DNA of 64,000 bases. Source: Laetmonice hystrix (taxonomy: Eukaryota). Positions 11,774 to 24,703 of the stretch are shown here, piece by piece (position 1 is the stretch's first letter; the number at the start of each line of letters is the position of its first letter). The position numbers were made by a program, and so were the translations under genes. The notes under the pieces are model-generated. The model did not search any database and had not been told where the DNA came from. It saw only the letters and a list, made by a program, of their open reading frames with translations. The stretch spans positions 496,001-560,000 of the forward strand of contig OZ249440.1 of NCBI GenBank assembly GCA_965235115.1, written 5' to 3'.

Positions 11774-14700
11774 ATGCTGTTAATGGTGGTGATACTTACC
11801 CTCGTATACGTGCAGACGGTACTGACAGTAGCCGTGTATCGTATCGACGACAGCCTAGGTCTGGGCCGGAGGTTTGATGGGGTCGGTGCCGTTAGCGGTG
11901 GAGGGGTAGGTTACTCCTGCGGAAATACTGCTGGCTGACCGGGCGGGGCCGGCTTCTCCGAGCAGCTCTTCTCAACATCGAACTAATAACTGACAAGTTA
12001 TTATTTAGTACTTCCTCAGGCTCAAGTAAAAGTTACTGGGATAACGCCGCCCTCGGGGTCCCTATTGGGTGCTATATAGGTGAAAAGGTCCCCATCCAAA
12101 GACGTCCCTAACCTGGCCGTAGTGAAAACGTGCCCAGGCCGGTCTCGGTCGAAATCGGCCGCCGCTCGAAATCGGCCGCCCGTAATAACCTACGGACGAT
12201 CGGGCGTAGCACGCGGGGGCTCCGCTGGCGGGACTAGGCTCCGCTGTCGGAGCCGCCCGCGGGACTAAACTATCACTAACCCTAGGCCTAACCTTAACCT
12301 TAACCCGATTAACACTAACCCTAGGCCAAACCTTAACCTTAACCCGACTAACACTAACCCTAGGCCTAACCTTAACCTTAACCGCCTAGGCCCTGGGCGA
12401 GTACGGCCGCCCGTAACTTACGCGCGGCCGATTTCGAGCGGCGGCCGATTTCGATATACACCCCCAGGCCAAGGTGAAACGCCCCCGTTAGGAACTTAGG
12501 CCTAGATCTATGTATTGTTCCTATCACTTAGAGTTATAGACTCTATTTGTGAAGGTGAAACGACCCCGTTAGGCCTAGATCTATGTATTGTTCCTATCAC
12601 TTAGAGTTATAGACTCTATTTGTGAAGGTGAAACGCCCCCGTTAGGCCTAGATCTATGTATTGTTCCTATCACTTAGAGTTATAGACTCTATTTGTGAAG
12701 GTGAAACGCCCCCGTTAGGCCTAGATCTATGTATTGTTCCTATCACTTAGAGTTATAGACTCTATTTGTGAAGGTGAAACGCCCCCGTTAGGCCTAGATC
12801 TATGTATTGTTCCTATCACTTAGAGTTATAGACTCTATTTGTGAATTGCATGGGCATGTTTTCACTGGCATTCCCCTATTGTACTGTCACTAAATTGACT
12901 AATACTAGTAATAGGCATGGTACGTCTCGTAGACGTAGTCTAGCTAGGCCGTATCTTTACCGGGTGCGCGACCGTATCAGAGGGTGCCGTACACTTGTCA
13001 TTGCTATTAACCTCTTTGTTTTGTTACCTCAGCATTTCTTCAAACTGGTCTAGATTTAGGTCCTTTTCCCAGAATTAGCCTGAAATAGTAAAAAGCTGTC
13101 AACTTTTGCGGAAAATCTATTTAATTGCTAATATATATCTTATCATTATACTATAACATTAGCCTTATGAGGATTTTTTAAACGCAGTGGTTATTCTACC
13201 GTCAGTGTTAAAACCCCAGATTTCAAAGCCTGTTTCATGGGTACATTTTTGAAGATCTTTCCATTATAGGCAACATCAAAACTTCTTGTAAATTATGATG
13301 AAACCATACGAAACCAGATTCTGGATTATCTCTTCAAGGTAAGCTTATTTTAATTTTTATATAATGTCATGAGAAACACTTTGATGAAGAGAAACAGAGT
13401 AAAATTCCAGTGTGTGACTATAATTAAATGTTATCTCAACAAGTGTGTAGAGAGAACTGCCCAGTGTCATTCACTGTTCATTCGTGTACAGCCCAACTTT
13501 GGAGCTTCCCTGCATATACTGAAAGTCGAGATTGGTGGAGATTCACAGAGTACCGGTAAGGAAAGTTTGGGTTTATGTCGTCAAGGCTTTGATACCATTA
13601 CCCAGTATTTCAGCCCCTACTGTTAATAAATTCAATGATTTTATTATCCCTCCCCCTATACTGGGAGGAGATCTTGTAGTTTCTGGGGTATAGTCTGCAT
13701 TATTCTTCTTCTTATATATATTATATTATATTAGTGGTTTTCACTTGAAAAGCGATGTATTTAAAGATGAGATTAGGTTTTAAAGACTGGGTTATATAGT
13801 GGACCTTCTGTACATGCTGCAGACCCATGGCCAGTAGCTGATTTTGTTTTATAGATGGGTCGGAGTCGTCACACATGCATACAGCAGACGATGAGAACTA
13901 TGACCGTGGGTATGAATGGTGGCTGATGAAGGAAGCAAAAAAGGTTGTGATAAAAACTTACCAGATCTCATCTAAATCCTCAACTCTCCAAATCCCCCCT
14001 CCTGTACATCTCAACGGCTGCACTCAATAAGTTGACTGTGTAACGTGATTTCTGATTTATTTTGGCAGCGGAATCCTTCAATTAAATTGTATGGCCTTCC
14101 ATGGGTTTTCCCGGGTTGGCTCGGTGGCAGTACCTTCAACCCTTACACACGGAGGTCAGAGCTTGTGCGATACATGGTGAGCTGGGTACGAGGAGCACGT
14201 GACCGTCACAGCCTCAACATTGATTATATTGGGGTAAGTCTATTGGCCCTGCTTCCTCGAGCTCCCAATCTGTCCGTCTAGTTTCTAGTTCTTAGATAAA
14301 GAGATCTATCAATACAAATTGAGAATAAGCTAAGCAATATTGTGTAATTTTCAGAGCAACAAGATTGGCATATATTTGTATGGTAAACTGTTTGGTGTTT
14401 TCTTACTAGATTTGGAATGAAAGAAGATATGATGTTCCATATATAAAGGTAAGTTAACAGAAGTTTGGAATGAAAATATATCTGATGTTCCATGTATAAA
14501 GGTAAGATAACAGAAGTTTGGAATGAAAATATATCTGATGTTCCATGTATAAAGGTAAGATAACAGAAGTTTGGAATGAAAATATATCTGATGTTCCATG
14601 TATAAAGGTAAGATAACAGAAGTTTGGAATGAAAATATATCTGATGTTCCATGTATAAAGGTAAGATAACAGAAGTTTGGAATGAAAATATATCTGATGT

Positions 14701-17700
14701 TCCATGTATAAAGGTAAGATAACAGAAGTTTGGAATGAAAATATATCTGATGTTCCATGTATAAAGGTAAGATAACAGAAGTTTGGAATGAAAATATATC
14801 TGATGTTCCATGTATAAAGGTAAGATAACAGAAGTTTGGAATGAAAATATATCTGATGGTCCATGTATAAAGGTAAGATAACAGAAGTTTGGAATGAAAA
14901 TATATCTGATGTTCCATGTATAAAGGTAAGATAACAGAAGTTTGGAATGAAAATATATCTGATGTTCCATGTATAAAGGTAAGATAACAGAAGTTTGGAA
15001 TGAAAATATATCTGATGTTCCATGTATAAAGGTAAGATAACAGAAGTTTGGAATGAAAATATATCTGATGTTCCATGTATAAAGGTAAGATAACAGAAGT
15101 TTGGAATGAAAATATATCTGATGTTCCATGTATATCTGGAGGTTAATAGATCACACATCTCATTTTATGTACATTGAAAACTCGATCACTCGATCAGAAA
15201 CTCGATCACATAGTGAAGTTTTTTAGAACTAATAGATGAACCGATTTCTCCTTTGACCTTTAATGTTGTATATTTAAGTTGCTGAGGGCAGGTCTCGACA
15301 AAGCTGGCTTCACACATGTCGAGATTGTGGTCACCGATGCTGAATGGGACATTTTGACAGACCTTGTTTCCGATCCAGAACTTCTCTCAGTTTCGGGACC
15401 AATTGGGTAAGAAACTGCTTCCATCAAGGTTGTAGATATAAGAGACAAATTACATGACTCCCTGATTATCACAAGCTAAATATCTAATATAAAATTGAAG
15501 TGACCTGTTGAAGGCAACTGGTTGCAGAGTCCACTATCCAGGATCAGTGAGTCCGTTGGTAGCAGTGGCCATCGACCTTCCCCTGTGGGCATCAGAGGAA
15601 TATAGTGCCTTCAACAACATGGCTGGTGCAGGATGCTGGGCAAGGGTACACCAAATATATATTGTTTAAATAAAACATTTATCAATACTTAGAACATTAT
15701 ATGAGTGTAATGGTTAGACTGGGTATGATTCAGAATTTCTTTATAATGATAAATGTTGAATAGAACTGTTTGTTTCTCTTTAGGTTCTCTCTGAGAGTTA
15801 CGTCAGTGGCTATTTCACAGCGTAAGTGGGACTGAATCATGATCGTGTTAGGCAATACGTATGAATTAGAAATATAACATGACATCTGTCTGTCAAAAGT
15901 ACTTTGGTAAGAGGGGCCTCAGTCAGTCTGTGGTTGACGTCTCTGACTCGTGGTTTGCATCCCCTAGCTGAGCTGGATGGGATCAGGTTTTAACATGTTG
16001 TAAGGTCGATGGTTTACCCTGCGATACTCCACAGGTAAAAGGTTTCTCCCATGTATAATAAATCTTCATTGGCATAAAGATTTGTCTAACTGCTTCAGAA
16101 GACATATTGAGTGAAGATCATATAAGAATTTTGTTTTGTGAATATGAGAAGTTTATTTCTTTCTGCAGTGTTATTGCTTGGAATCTTATAACTGGTTACT
16201 ATAACTACTTGCCGTATCCAAGGAGTAGCCTAATGGTCGCTAACGAACCATGGAGTGGTCATTATGATGTCAGCTCTCCCATCTGGATGACTGGTGCGTT
16301 TGAAACCTTTTCTCAACATAAGATTTTTTATATTTCTTCCTTAAGAATTGCGTTTGTCTTTGATAACCTAACCTCCCAGTGGACATGATATGAAGTGTAA
16401 GTTTGTAATGATTACTGTATGATTCCAGCCCACTTTACCCAGTTTATGTTCCCTGGATGGCGCTATATGCTACATGGTCATGGGGTGGGAATTCTGCTTT
16501 ACAACGGGACATACGTGTCGTTAGCGAGCCCTGATGGTAACGACTTGACCATTGTCCTGGAGTCTATGGTAAGCTAACAGTGTCATAGTAGACTTTTGAA
16601 GATTGTAAACATTCCTGTTGTTGGTAAATATATGAAGCCAGCACTGTGATGAATATGATGGTCCTGATGTGTGCAGACTTGATTTTGACAGAGTCCAGAA
16701 TACTCGCCATGTTTCTATCCCATGCCGCACTACAACGTTCTTGACCAAGATGTGCAACTCGAGTTGAAGGGATCATATGTAAGTTTACCTCTGGCTGTGC
16801 TTGAGTCCCAACATGTTTTGTGTTCTCAGAATGAGTAATCTTCATGTAATAATTGATATTACATTATGAGTGCTGAGATGTGACCCAAAGGTGTTAGTTC
16901 TAAGGTCAGTATGAATGACCTGTGTGACTGGCATATGTATAGTGTACATGCTATGGTTTTATTTATGTGTGACCTACATTCCAGGCTTCAGTGAAAGAAC
17001 TCAAGTGTGGCGGTCCTATATTTATGTGTGACCTACATTCCAGGCTTCAGTGAAAGAACTCAAAGTGTGGCGGTCCTACCTTGACTTCTCTGGTAACGAG
17101 ACTGTACTCTTCCAGCAGGAGAAACCAGTACAGGTAGGTGCAGGCGAGGAGGGGGGCACATAGAGTAGATCAGGTCATAACACCCCACCCCACCTAAAAT
17201 ATTAGAGCCAGTCTCCTTCACACTTCGGTTGAAAAGAGTAACATTTTGTGTGTTTATTGTGTTTGGCAGGTTGTAAATGGGGTAGTTCATTTAACAATGA
17301 GAGTTAATAGCATCTACACTCTGACCACACTTACAACGGGTACAAAAGGACATCATCCCCAGCCGCCCCCCACGGCACCGTTCCCAAGTTTGTATCAGGA
17401 GGATTTTGAAGGTAATATACAATAAAACAATTGTTGTCCGTCAATAGATGTATGATTGAAGTTAAGTCTGACATTATCTATACAATAAAACAATTGTTGT
17501 CCGTCAAATAGATGTATGATTGAAGTTAAGTCTGACATTATCTATACAATAAAACAATTGTTGTCCGTCAAATAGATGTATGATTGAAGTTAAGTCTGAC
17601 ATTATCTATACAATAAAACAATTGTTGTCCGTCAAATAGATGTATGATTGAAGTTAAGTCTGACATTGTCTATATAGAAAACAATTGTTGTCCATCAAAT

Positions 17701-20700
17701 AGATGTATGATTGAAGTTAAGTCTGACATTATCTATACAATAAAACAATTGTCCGTCAAATAGATGCATGATTGAAGTTAAGTCTGACGTTGTCTATATA
17801 GAAAACAATTGTTGTCCATCAAATAGATGTATGATTGAAGTTAAGTCTGACATTGTCTATATAGAAAACAATTGTTGTCCATCAAATAGATGTATGATTG
17901 AAGTTAAGTCTGACATTATCTATATAGAAAACAATTGTTGTCCATCAAAATTAATAGATGTATGATTGAAGTTAAGTCTGACATTGTCTATAGAAAACAA
18001 TTGTTGTCCATCAAATAGATGTATGATTGAAGTTAAGTCTGACATTGTCTATATAGAAAACAATTGTTGTCCATCAAATAGATGTACGATTGAAGTTAAG
18101 TCTGACGTTGTCTATATAGAAAACAATTGTTGTCCATCAAATAGATGTATGATTGAAGTTAAGTCTGACATTGTCTATATAGAAAACAGTTGTCCATCAA
18201 ATAGATGTATGATTGAAGTTAAGTCTGACATTGTCTATATAGAAAACAGTTGTCCATCAAATAGATGTATGATTGAAGTTAAGTCTGACATTGTCTATAT
18301 AGAAAACAATTGTCCATCAAATAGATGTATGATTGAAGTTAAGTCTGACATTGTCTATATAGAAAACAATTGTCCATCAAATAGATGTACGACTGAAGTT
18401 AAGTCTGACATTGTCTATATAGAAAACAATTGTCTATCAAATAGATGCATGGTTGAAGCTAGGTTGGACATTATGTTGGTGTACCAAAAACCAATAATAT
18501 TTCGACAGACCTCTTTACATCTCCCTTTCTAGCAATCCACATAGAATTTCAGTTTAATATTTTTGCAGAGAATAGAATCTGAAATATTGCCCCATGTTGG
18601 CTGTTTATTGATAGCATATCCTGAGCATGCAGAGGCCTTCAACTTTGCCCAGCAGTCAGGAGCATTCGAGGTCATTTCATCTGGTGACCCTTCCCATGGA
18701 AAGGTTATGGTTCAGATGGTACCTCGTCCACCAGTCGATACGTGTCGTCCCAAACGTATGACACGGCCAGTGAACCTTATAGGTGATTACAAATGGTAAG
18801 GAACGCCAAGAAACATTTTTTAACAACTGTCTTGAAGACCAAGGTTTATTATAAGATATTAACTTAAAAAAACAATTACGTTTGGTATATATTTATAATT
18901 GCTCTCACCTGACAGGGCTGACGTTGACGTTCAGTATGAGTTTTACCTGAACGGACCACCAAAGGGAGCACGCGGGGTGTTCCTGGCAGCACGCGTCGAC
19001 CGTGGGGGTTGTGACACCATGTACAGTAATGGTCTCTACCTCTGGGTTTTACCTCAACAACAAACTCTCATCTTGACTGCCAATCACTGTAAGATCACTT
19101 ACCTCAACAACAAACTCTCATCTTGACTGCCAATCACTGTAAGATCACTTACCTCAACAACAAACTCTCATCTTGACTGCCAATCACTGTAAGATCACTT
19201 ACCTCAACAACAAACTCTCATCTTGACTGCCAATCACTGTAAGATCACTTACCTCAACAACAAACTCTCATCTTGACTGCCAATCACTGTAAGATCACTT
19301 ACCTCAACAACAAACTCATCTTGACTGCCAATCACTGTAAGATCACTTACCTCAACAACAAACTCTCATCTTGACTGCCAATCACTGTAAGATCACTTAG
19401 TGTGTGTGGACGAGGATATTGAACGCTGCTGTTTGTAGGAGCAGTTATTTTTGTCATGGATGTACAACATAACTGTAATATAGAAGTACAGAATAACATG
19501 GAAGAAGATTATTTTCCAAATTGTATCAAATCTTGGGGGTTGTTTGTCCAACAGTGAAAGACCCCTCTTTCCAGTCAGCGCGTAGACGAGTCAAAGTTTA
19601 GCTAGCCATGAATACCAAATGCAAAGAGAAAAATCGTGGAATAACAAAAACATGTGAGATGTTTTGTCCTTTCAGCTCGAACATCGGAATACATAAGGAT
19701 GAAAGTGGAGGTGACCTACGAGACTTGGCACACACTTCGGCTGGTTGTGAAGGTGTGCTGAATTGGTGCTTTTCTGCCTTCATTGAACGTTTACAATCCT
19801 ACCTCATACAGCCCCTATACTGAAGTATAACTTCCGTGTTTTTAGCCAGTGATCCAATTTGCCAAAGTTCCTTCACCAAAAATCTTTAAAAAAATGAAGA
19901 TACAGATGTTCAATTTTTTACCCATAAGTAAGGATGGAGTGTATATATGTTAAAGTTGTAAGACATTCTGTGATATAAGTTTATGAACATTGTGTTATTA
20001 GCTGTAGGATAAGGGACATTGTGTTATTAGCTGTAGGATAAGGGACATTGTGTTATTAGCTGTAGGATAAGGGACATTGTGTTATTAGCTGTAGGATAAG
20101 GGACATTGTGTTATTAGCTGTAGGATAAGGGACATTGTGTTATTAGCTGTAGGATAAGGGACATTGTGTTATTAGCTGTAGGATAACGGACATTGTGTTA
20201 TTAGCTGTAGGATAACAGACATTGTGTTATTAGCGGTAAGATAACGGACGTTGTGTTATTAGCTATAGGATAACGGACATTGTGTTATTAGCTGTGGGAT
20301 AACGGACGTTGTGTTATTAGCTATAGGATAACGGACGTTGTGTTATTAGCTATAGGATAACGGACGTTGTGTTATTAGCTGTAGGATAACGGACATTGTG
20401 TTATTAGCTGTAAGATAACGGACATTGTGTTATTAGCGGTAAGATAACGGACATTGTGTTATTAGCTATAGGATAACGGACATTGTGTTATTAGCTATAG
20501 GATAATGGACATTGTGTTATTAGCTGTAGAATAATGAACTTTCTCTTTTGTTTATTTCCAGAATCAACATGTACAGGGCTACCTGGACAAGAATTTACTA
20601 ATTGATTTTAATGTTCCTAGCATGCCTTCGAAAAGTGGATTTATTGCTTTAGGGACAGAGAATTTTGCAAAAGCTTCCTTTGATAACTTTAAGGTACAAA

Positions 20701-20873
20701 ACCTCAGCAAAATTAGTGGGAAATCAGGGGGGAAGCTGAAAAACAAACAGTACGATATCTGGGATGGATTTATAGAACAAGACACGCAGGGAAAAAGTCA
20801 GGAAATAAGTTATTCTAATGGTGAGAAGGGAAGGGAGCTTCCAGAGAACGACATATATAAATATGTCATGTAA
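11774..20873 (+). CDS. GALC: Galactocerebrosidase (GH59 lysosomal beta-galactosylceramidase)
   Basis: Exons 11774-11905, 13270-13338, 13492-13555, 13855-13943, 14069-14233, 14410-14448, 15279-15406, 15528-15645, 15784-15821, 16169-16293, 16429-16568, 16692-16778, 17044-17133, 17270-17411, 18615-18795, 18916-19088, 19676-19752, 20562-20873 (2169 nt, 722 aa). Hydrophobic signal peptide, then [55 protein letters not shown] (acid/base Glu), WASEEY (nucleophile Glu), EPWSGHY and GFIALGT..FDNF. Confidence 0.95.
12141..12462. mobile_element. MITE with a 31-bp perfect subterminal inverted repeat, CTAACC-rich core and 8-bp direct flanking repeat
   Basis: tcgaaatcggccgccgctcgaaatcggccgc (12149-12179) is the exact reverse complement of 12424-12454; CCCAGGCC occurs at 12133-12140 and 12463-12470. 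Confidence 0.75.
12472..12845. repeat. 73-bp tandem repeat, 5 copies, GALC intron 1
   Basis: aggtgaaacgcccccgttaggcctagatctatg...; period 12553 to 12626. Confidence 0.92.
14449..15132 (+). repeat. 53-bp array made of a diverged copy of the whole 39-nt GALC exon 6 plus its donor site, ~13 copies
   Basis: gtttggaatgaaaatatatctgatgttccatgtataaag|gtaagataacagaa compared with the exon atttggaatgaaagaagatatgatgttccatatataaag|gtaag. Confidence 0.93.
17421..18450. repeat. 60-64-bp minisatellite, ~16 copies, GALC intron
   Basis: aaaacaattgttgtccatcaaatagatgtatgattgaagttaagtctgacattgtctatatag. Confidence 0.93.
19048..19399 (+). repeat. 50-bp array copying a GALC exon 3' end plus donor (7 donors in total)
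   Basis: ttacctcaacaacaaactctcatcttgactgccaatcact|gtaagatcac; donors at 19089, 19139, 19189, 19239, 19289, 19337, 19387. Confidence 0.93.
19990..20530. repeat. 29-bp minisatellite, ~18 copies, GALC last intron
   Basis: acattgtgttattagctgtaggataaggg. Confidence 0.93.
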
Positions 20874-21051
20874 ATTGAATGCATTGTGCGAAGTGCCTTA
20901 CTGGCCTAACTTTGGTTCTCAGGGCTTGGTCTAATGACTCGAAAGGAAACCGATCTGCTGGTCAGGAAGTTTGGTGTTACAATAAATAACTAAATAAATA
21001 CAGTCGTCGTGAAGATTCTAAAGATGTGATGAGCAGTATGGCCCAGAGATA

Positions 21052-22170
21052 ATGTCCTACACTCGGGGACTACCATCTGTATGTACATGGCAGTGTGCAA
21101 TTAATGTGTCATGTCATGGGTGGGGGTCGGGGAGCAGATGTCCTACACTCGGGGACTACCATCTGTATGTACATGGCAGTGTGCAATTAATGTGTCATGT
21201 CATGGGTGGGGGTCGGGGAGCAGATGTCCTACACTCGGGGACTACCATCTGTATGTACATGGCAGTGTGCAATTAATGTGTCATGTCATGGGTGGGGGTC
21301 GGGGAGCAGATGTCCTACACTCGGGGACTACCATCTGTATGTACATGGCAGTGTGCAATTAATGTGTCATGTCATGGGTGGGGGTCGGGGAGCAGATGTC
21401 CTACACTCGGGGACTACCATCTGTATGTACATGGCAGTGTGCAATTAATGTGTCATGTCATGGGTGGGGGTCGGGGAGCAGATGTCCTACACTCGGGGAC
21501 TACCATCTGTATGTACATGGCAGTGTGCAATTAATGTGTCATGTCATGGGTGGGGGTCGGGGAGCAGATGTCCTACACTCGGGGACTACCATCTGTATGT
21601 ACATGGCAGTGTGCCATGTCATGGGTGGGGGTCGGGGAGCAGATGTCCTACACTCGGGGACTACCATCTGTATGTACATGGCAGTGTGCCATGTCATGGG
21701 TGGGGGTCGGGGAGCAGATGTCCTACACTCGGGGACTACCATCTGTATGTACATGGCAGTGTGCCATGTCATGGGTGGGGGTCGGGGAGCAGATGTCCTA
21801 CACTCGGGGACTACCATCTGTATGTACATGGCAGTGTGCCATGTCATGGGTGGGGGTCGGGGAGCAGATGTCCTACACTCGGGGACTACCATCTGTATGT
21901 ACATGGCAGTGTGCCATGTCATGGGTGGGGGTCGGGGAGCAGATGCCCTACACTCGGGGACTACCATCTGTATGTACATGGCAGTGTGCCATGTCATGGG
22001 TGGGGGTCGGGGAGCAGATGTCCTACACTCGGGGACTACCATCTGTATGTACATGGCAGTGTGCCATGTCATGGGTGGGGGTCGGGGAGCAGATGTCCTA
22101 CACTCGGGGACTACCATCTGTATGTACATGGCAGTGTGCCATGTCATGGGTGGGGGTCGGGGAGCAGATG
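21052..22170. repeat. Two-domain minisatellite (86-bp units, then 75-bp units)
   Basis: Later units lack the 11-nt aattaatgtgt segment from ~21610 onward. Confidence 0.93.
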
Positions 22171-22204
22171 TAGGAAATGGGATCTTCATGTCTAACGTTG
22201 GTCC

Positions 22205-23575
22205 TGCATTTATACTACTGTATACGGTCCATGCTGCATTTATACTACAGTAACTACTGTATACGGTTCATGCTGCATTTATACTACAGTAACTACTGTA
22301 TACGGTTCATGCTGCATTTATACTACAGTAACTACTGTATACGGTTCATGTGTGCATTTATACTACAGTAACTACTGTATACGGTTCATGCTGCATTTAT
22401 ACTACAGTAACTACTGTATACGGTTCATGCTGCATTTATACTACAGTAACTACTGTATACGGTTCATGCTGCATTCATACTACAGTAACTACTGTATACG
22501 GTTCATGCTGCATTCATACAACAGTAACTACTGTATACGGTTCATGTGTGCATTTATACTACAGTAACTACTGTATACGGTTCATGCTGCATTTATACCA
22601 CAGTAAATACTGTATACGGTTCATGCTGCATTTATACCACAGTAACTACTGTATACGGTTCATGTGTGCATTCATACTACAGTAACTACTGTATACGGTT
22701 CATGCTGCATTCATACAACAGTAACTACTGTATACGGTTCATGTGTGCATTTATACTACAGTAACTACTGTATACGGTTCATGCTGCATTTATACCACAG
22801 TAAATACTGTATACGGTTCATGCTGCATTTATACTACAGTAACTACTGTATATGGTTCATGCTGCATTTATACTACAGTAACTACTGTATACGGTTCATG
22901 TGTGCATTTATACTACAGTAACTACTGTATACGGTTCATGCTGCATTTATACTACAGTAACTACTGTATACGGTTCATGCTGCATTTATACTACAGTAAC
23001 TACTGTATACAGTTCATGTGTGCATTTATACTACAGTAACTACTGTATACGGTTCATGCTGCATTTATACTACAGTAACTACTGTATACGGTTCATGCTG
23101 CATTTATACCACAGTAACTACTGTATACGGTTCATGTGTGCATTTATACTACAGTAACTACTGTATACGGTTCATGCTGCATTTATACTACAGTAACTAC
23201 TGTATACGGTTTCTGCTGCATTTATACTACAGTAACTACTGTATACGGTTCATGCTGCATTTATACTACAGTAACTACTGTATACGGTTCATGCTGCATT
23301 AATACTACAGTAACTACTGTATACGGTTCATGCTGCATTTATACTACAGTAACTACTGTATACGGTTCATGCTGCATTTATACTACAGTAACTACTGTAT
23401 ACGGTTCATGCTGCATTTATACTACAGTAACTACTGTATACGGTTCATGCTGCATTTATACTACAGTAACTACTGTATACGGTTCATGCTGCATTTATAC
23501 TACAGTAACTACTGTATACGGTTCATGCGGCATTTATACTACAGTAACTACTGTATACGGTTCATGTGTGCATAT
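22205..23575. repeat. 39/41-bp minisatellite, ~34 copies, with an internal hairpin
   Basis: gctgcatttatactacagtaactactgtatacggttcat. Confidence 0.95.
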
Positions 23576-24364
23576 ATAGTTCAGATATTTATAGTTATTA
23601 TGAGTAAATATGCAACAGTTGCAACTTGTCCAATAAAGCACTGGGTCATGGGTCGTGACCTTGAGGCCTTGAGGTTGGTGTCACAAGATTCATTCCTGTT
23701 TGCATTCTCAGATTTTGTTGAAACATCGTGGCGCTCAGTAGAGTTGTACAACGTTCACATCGACAAAGAAGATTATTTTTGAAAGCAATTTATTGCTGTA
23801 AATATATGGATATTTTTGGGGTTATCCTACAAGTATGAGCATAATAAGTTACCCAGTACATCTAATGGGTACTGTAAACCAAATCTAGATCAACTAACTT
23901 TTGTGGATATCACATTAAATACAGACGTAAACTCTTACATGGAAATGACTAGATTCAGAAAACTGAAATTCAGTCAATATCACCGTGATGATCTGAGTAA
24001 AACCGTAAAAATCCCAGTTCATGACCTATAAAAATAAAATAAAATAAAATAAAAATAAAATACATCACCAACCTAGATGAATTTATTGAGAATCTCCCTG
24101 ACAATAATTTTATATTTCCTCATAGCACGCAGTTGAAATATTTATGTATACTCCTGTTACATAATTACATGAGAACTTGATTCTTTGATTATACTTTAAT
24201 AGCTCGAGGTATTATTAAAAAAATTTTATTTGCATAACACCAGTATACACCAGTATATTATGATAATACCGACAACAAAACCCAAGAATGCATTTTGAAT
24301 CGGTTATTAATTTAAGATTTCGTTACAAGACGTTCAACCCCAACGATACCCGACAGATTACCTG

Positions 24365-24550
24365 CACATGACCATAGATTTTTCATATTACACATGACCA
24401 TAGATTTTTCATATTACACATGACCATAGATTTTTCATATTACACATGACCATAGATTTTTCATATTACACATGACCGTAGATTTTTCATATTACACATG
24501 ACCATAGATTTTTCATATTACACATGACCGTAAATTTTTCATATTACAGG
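24365..24550. repeat. 26-bp tandem repeat, ~7 copies
   Basis: acacatgaccatagatttttcatatt. Confidence 0.88.
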
Positions 24551-24703
24551 TATACAAATGGCATGTGTTCACGTGAAGATGTAATAGTATAGAAATTGTG
24601 TACTACATATAAATGGTGTACTACATATAAATGGTGTACAAATTTTGACATAACAGGTAGAGTAGTGCTGCCTTAGTTGATGATCACATCACTATACAGC
24701 TGG

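Noticed and set aside
12270-12385. Interstitial telomere (TTAGGG)n
   Set aside because: There are only degenerate CTAACC/TTAACC modules, enclosed within an inverted-repeat element.
14278-15158. Three long minus-strand ORFs
   Set aside because: They are translations of the 53-bp array antisense to GALC, with the same peptide cycling through all three frames.
19554-19610. Candidate GALC exon after the acag acceptor at 19554
   Set aside because: There are stops in all three frames; the exon at 19676-19752 has the right phases and the VEVT...WHTL.L motif.
21052-23782. Cys/His/Tyr-rich ORFs
   Set aside because: They are wholly repeat-derived and occur in multiple frames, with no unique coding flank or recognisable domain.
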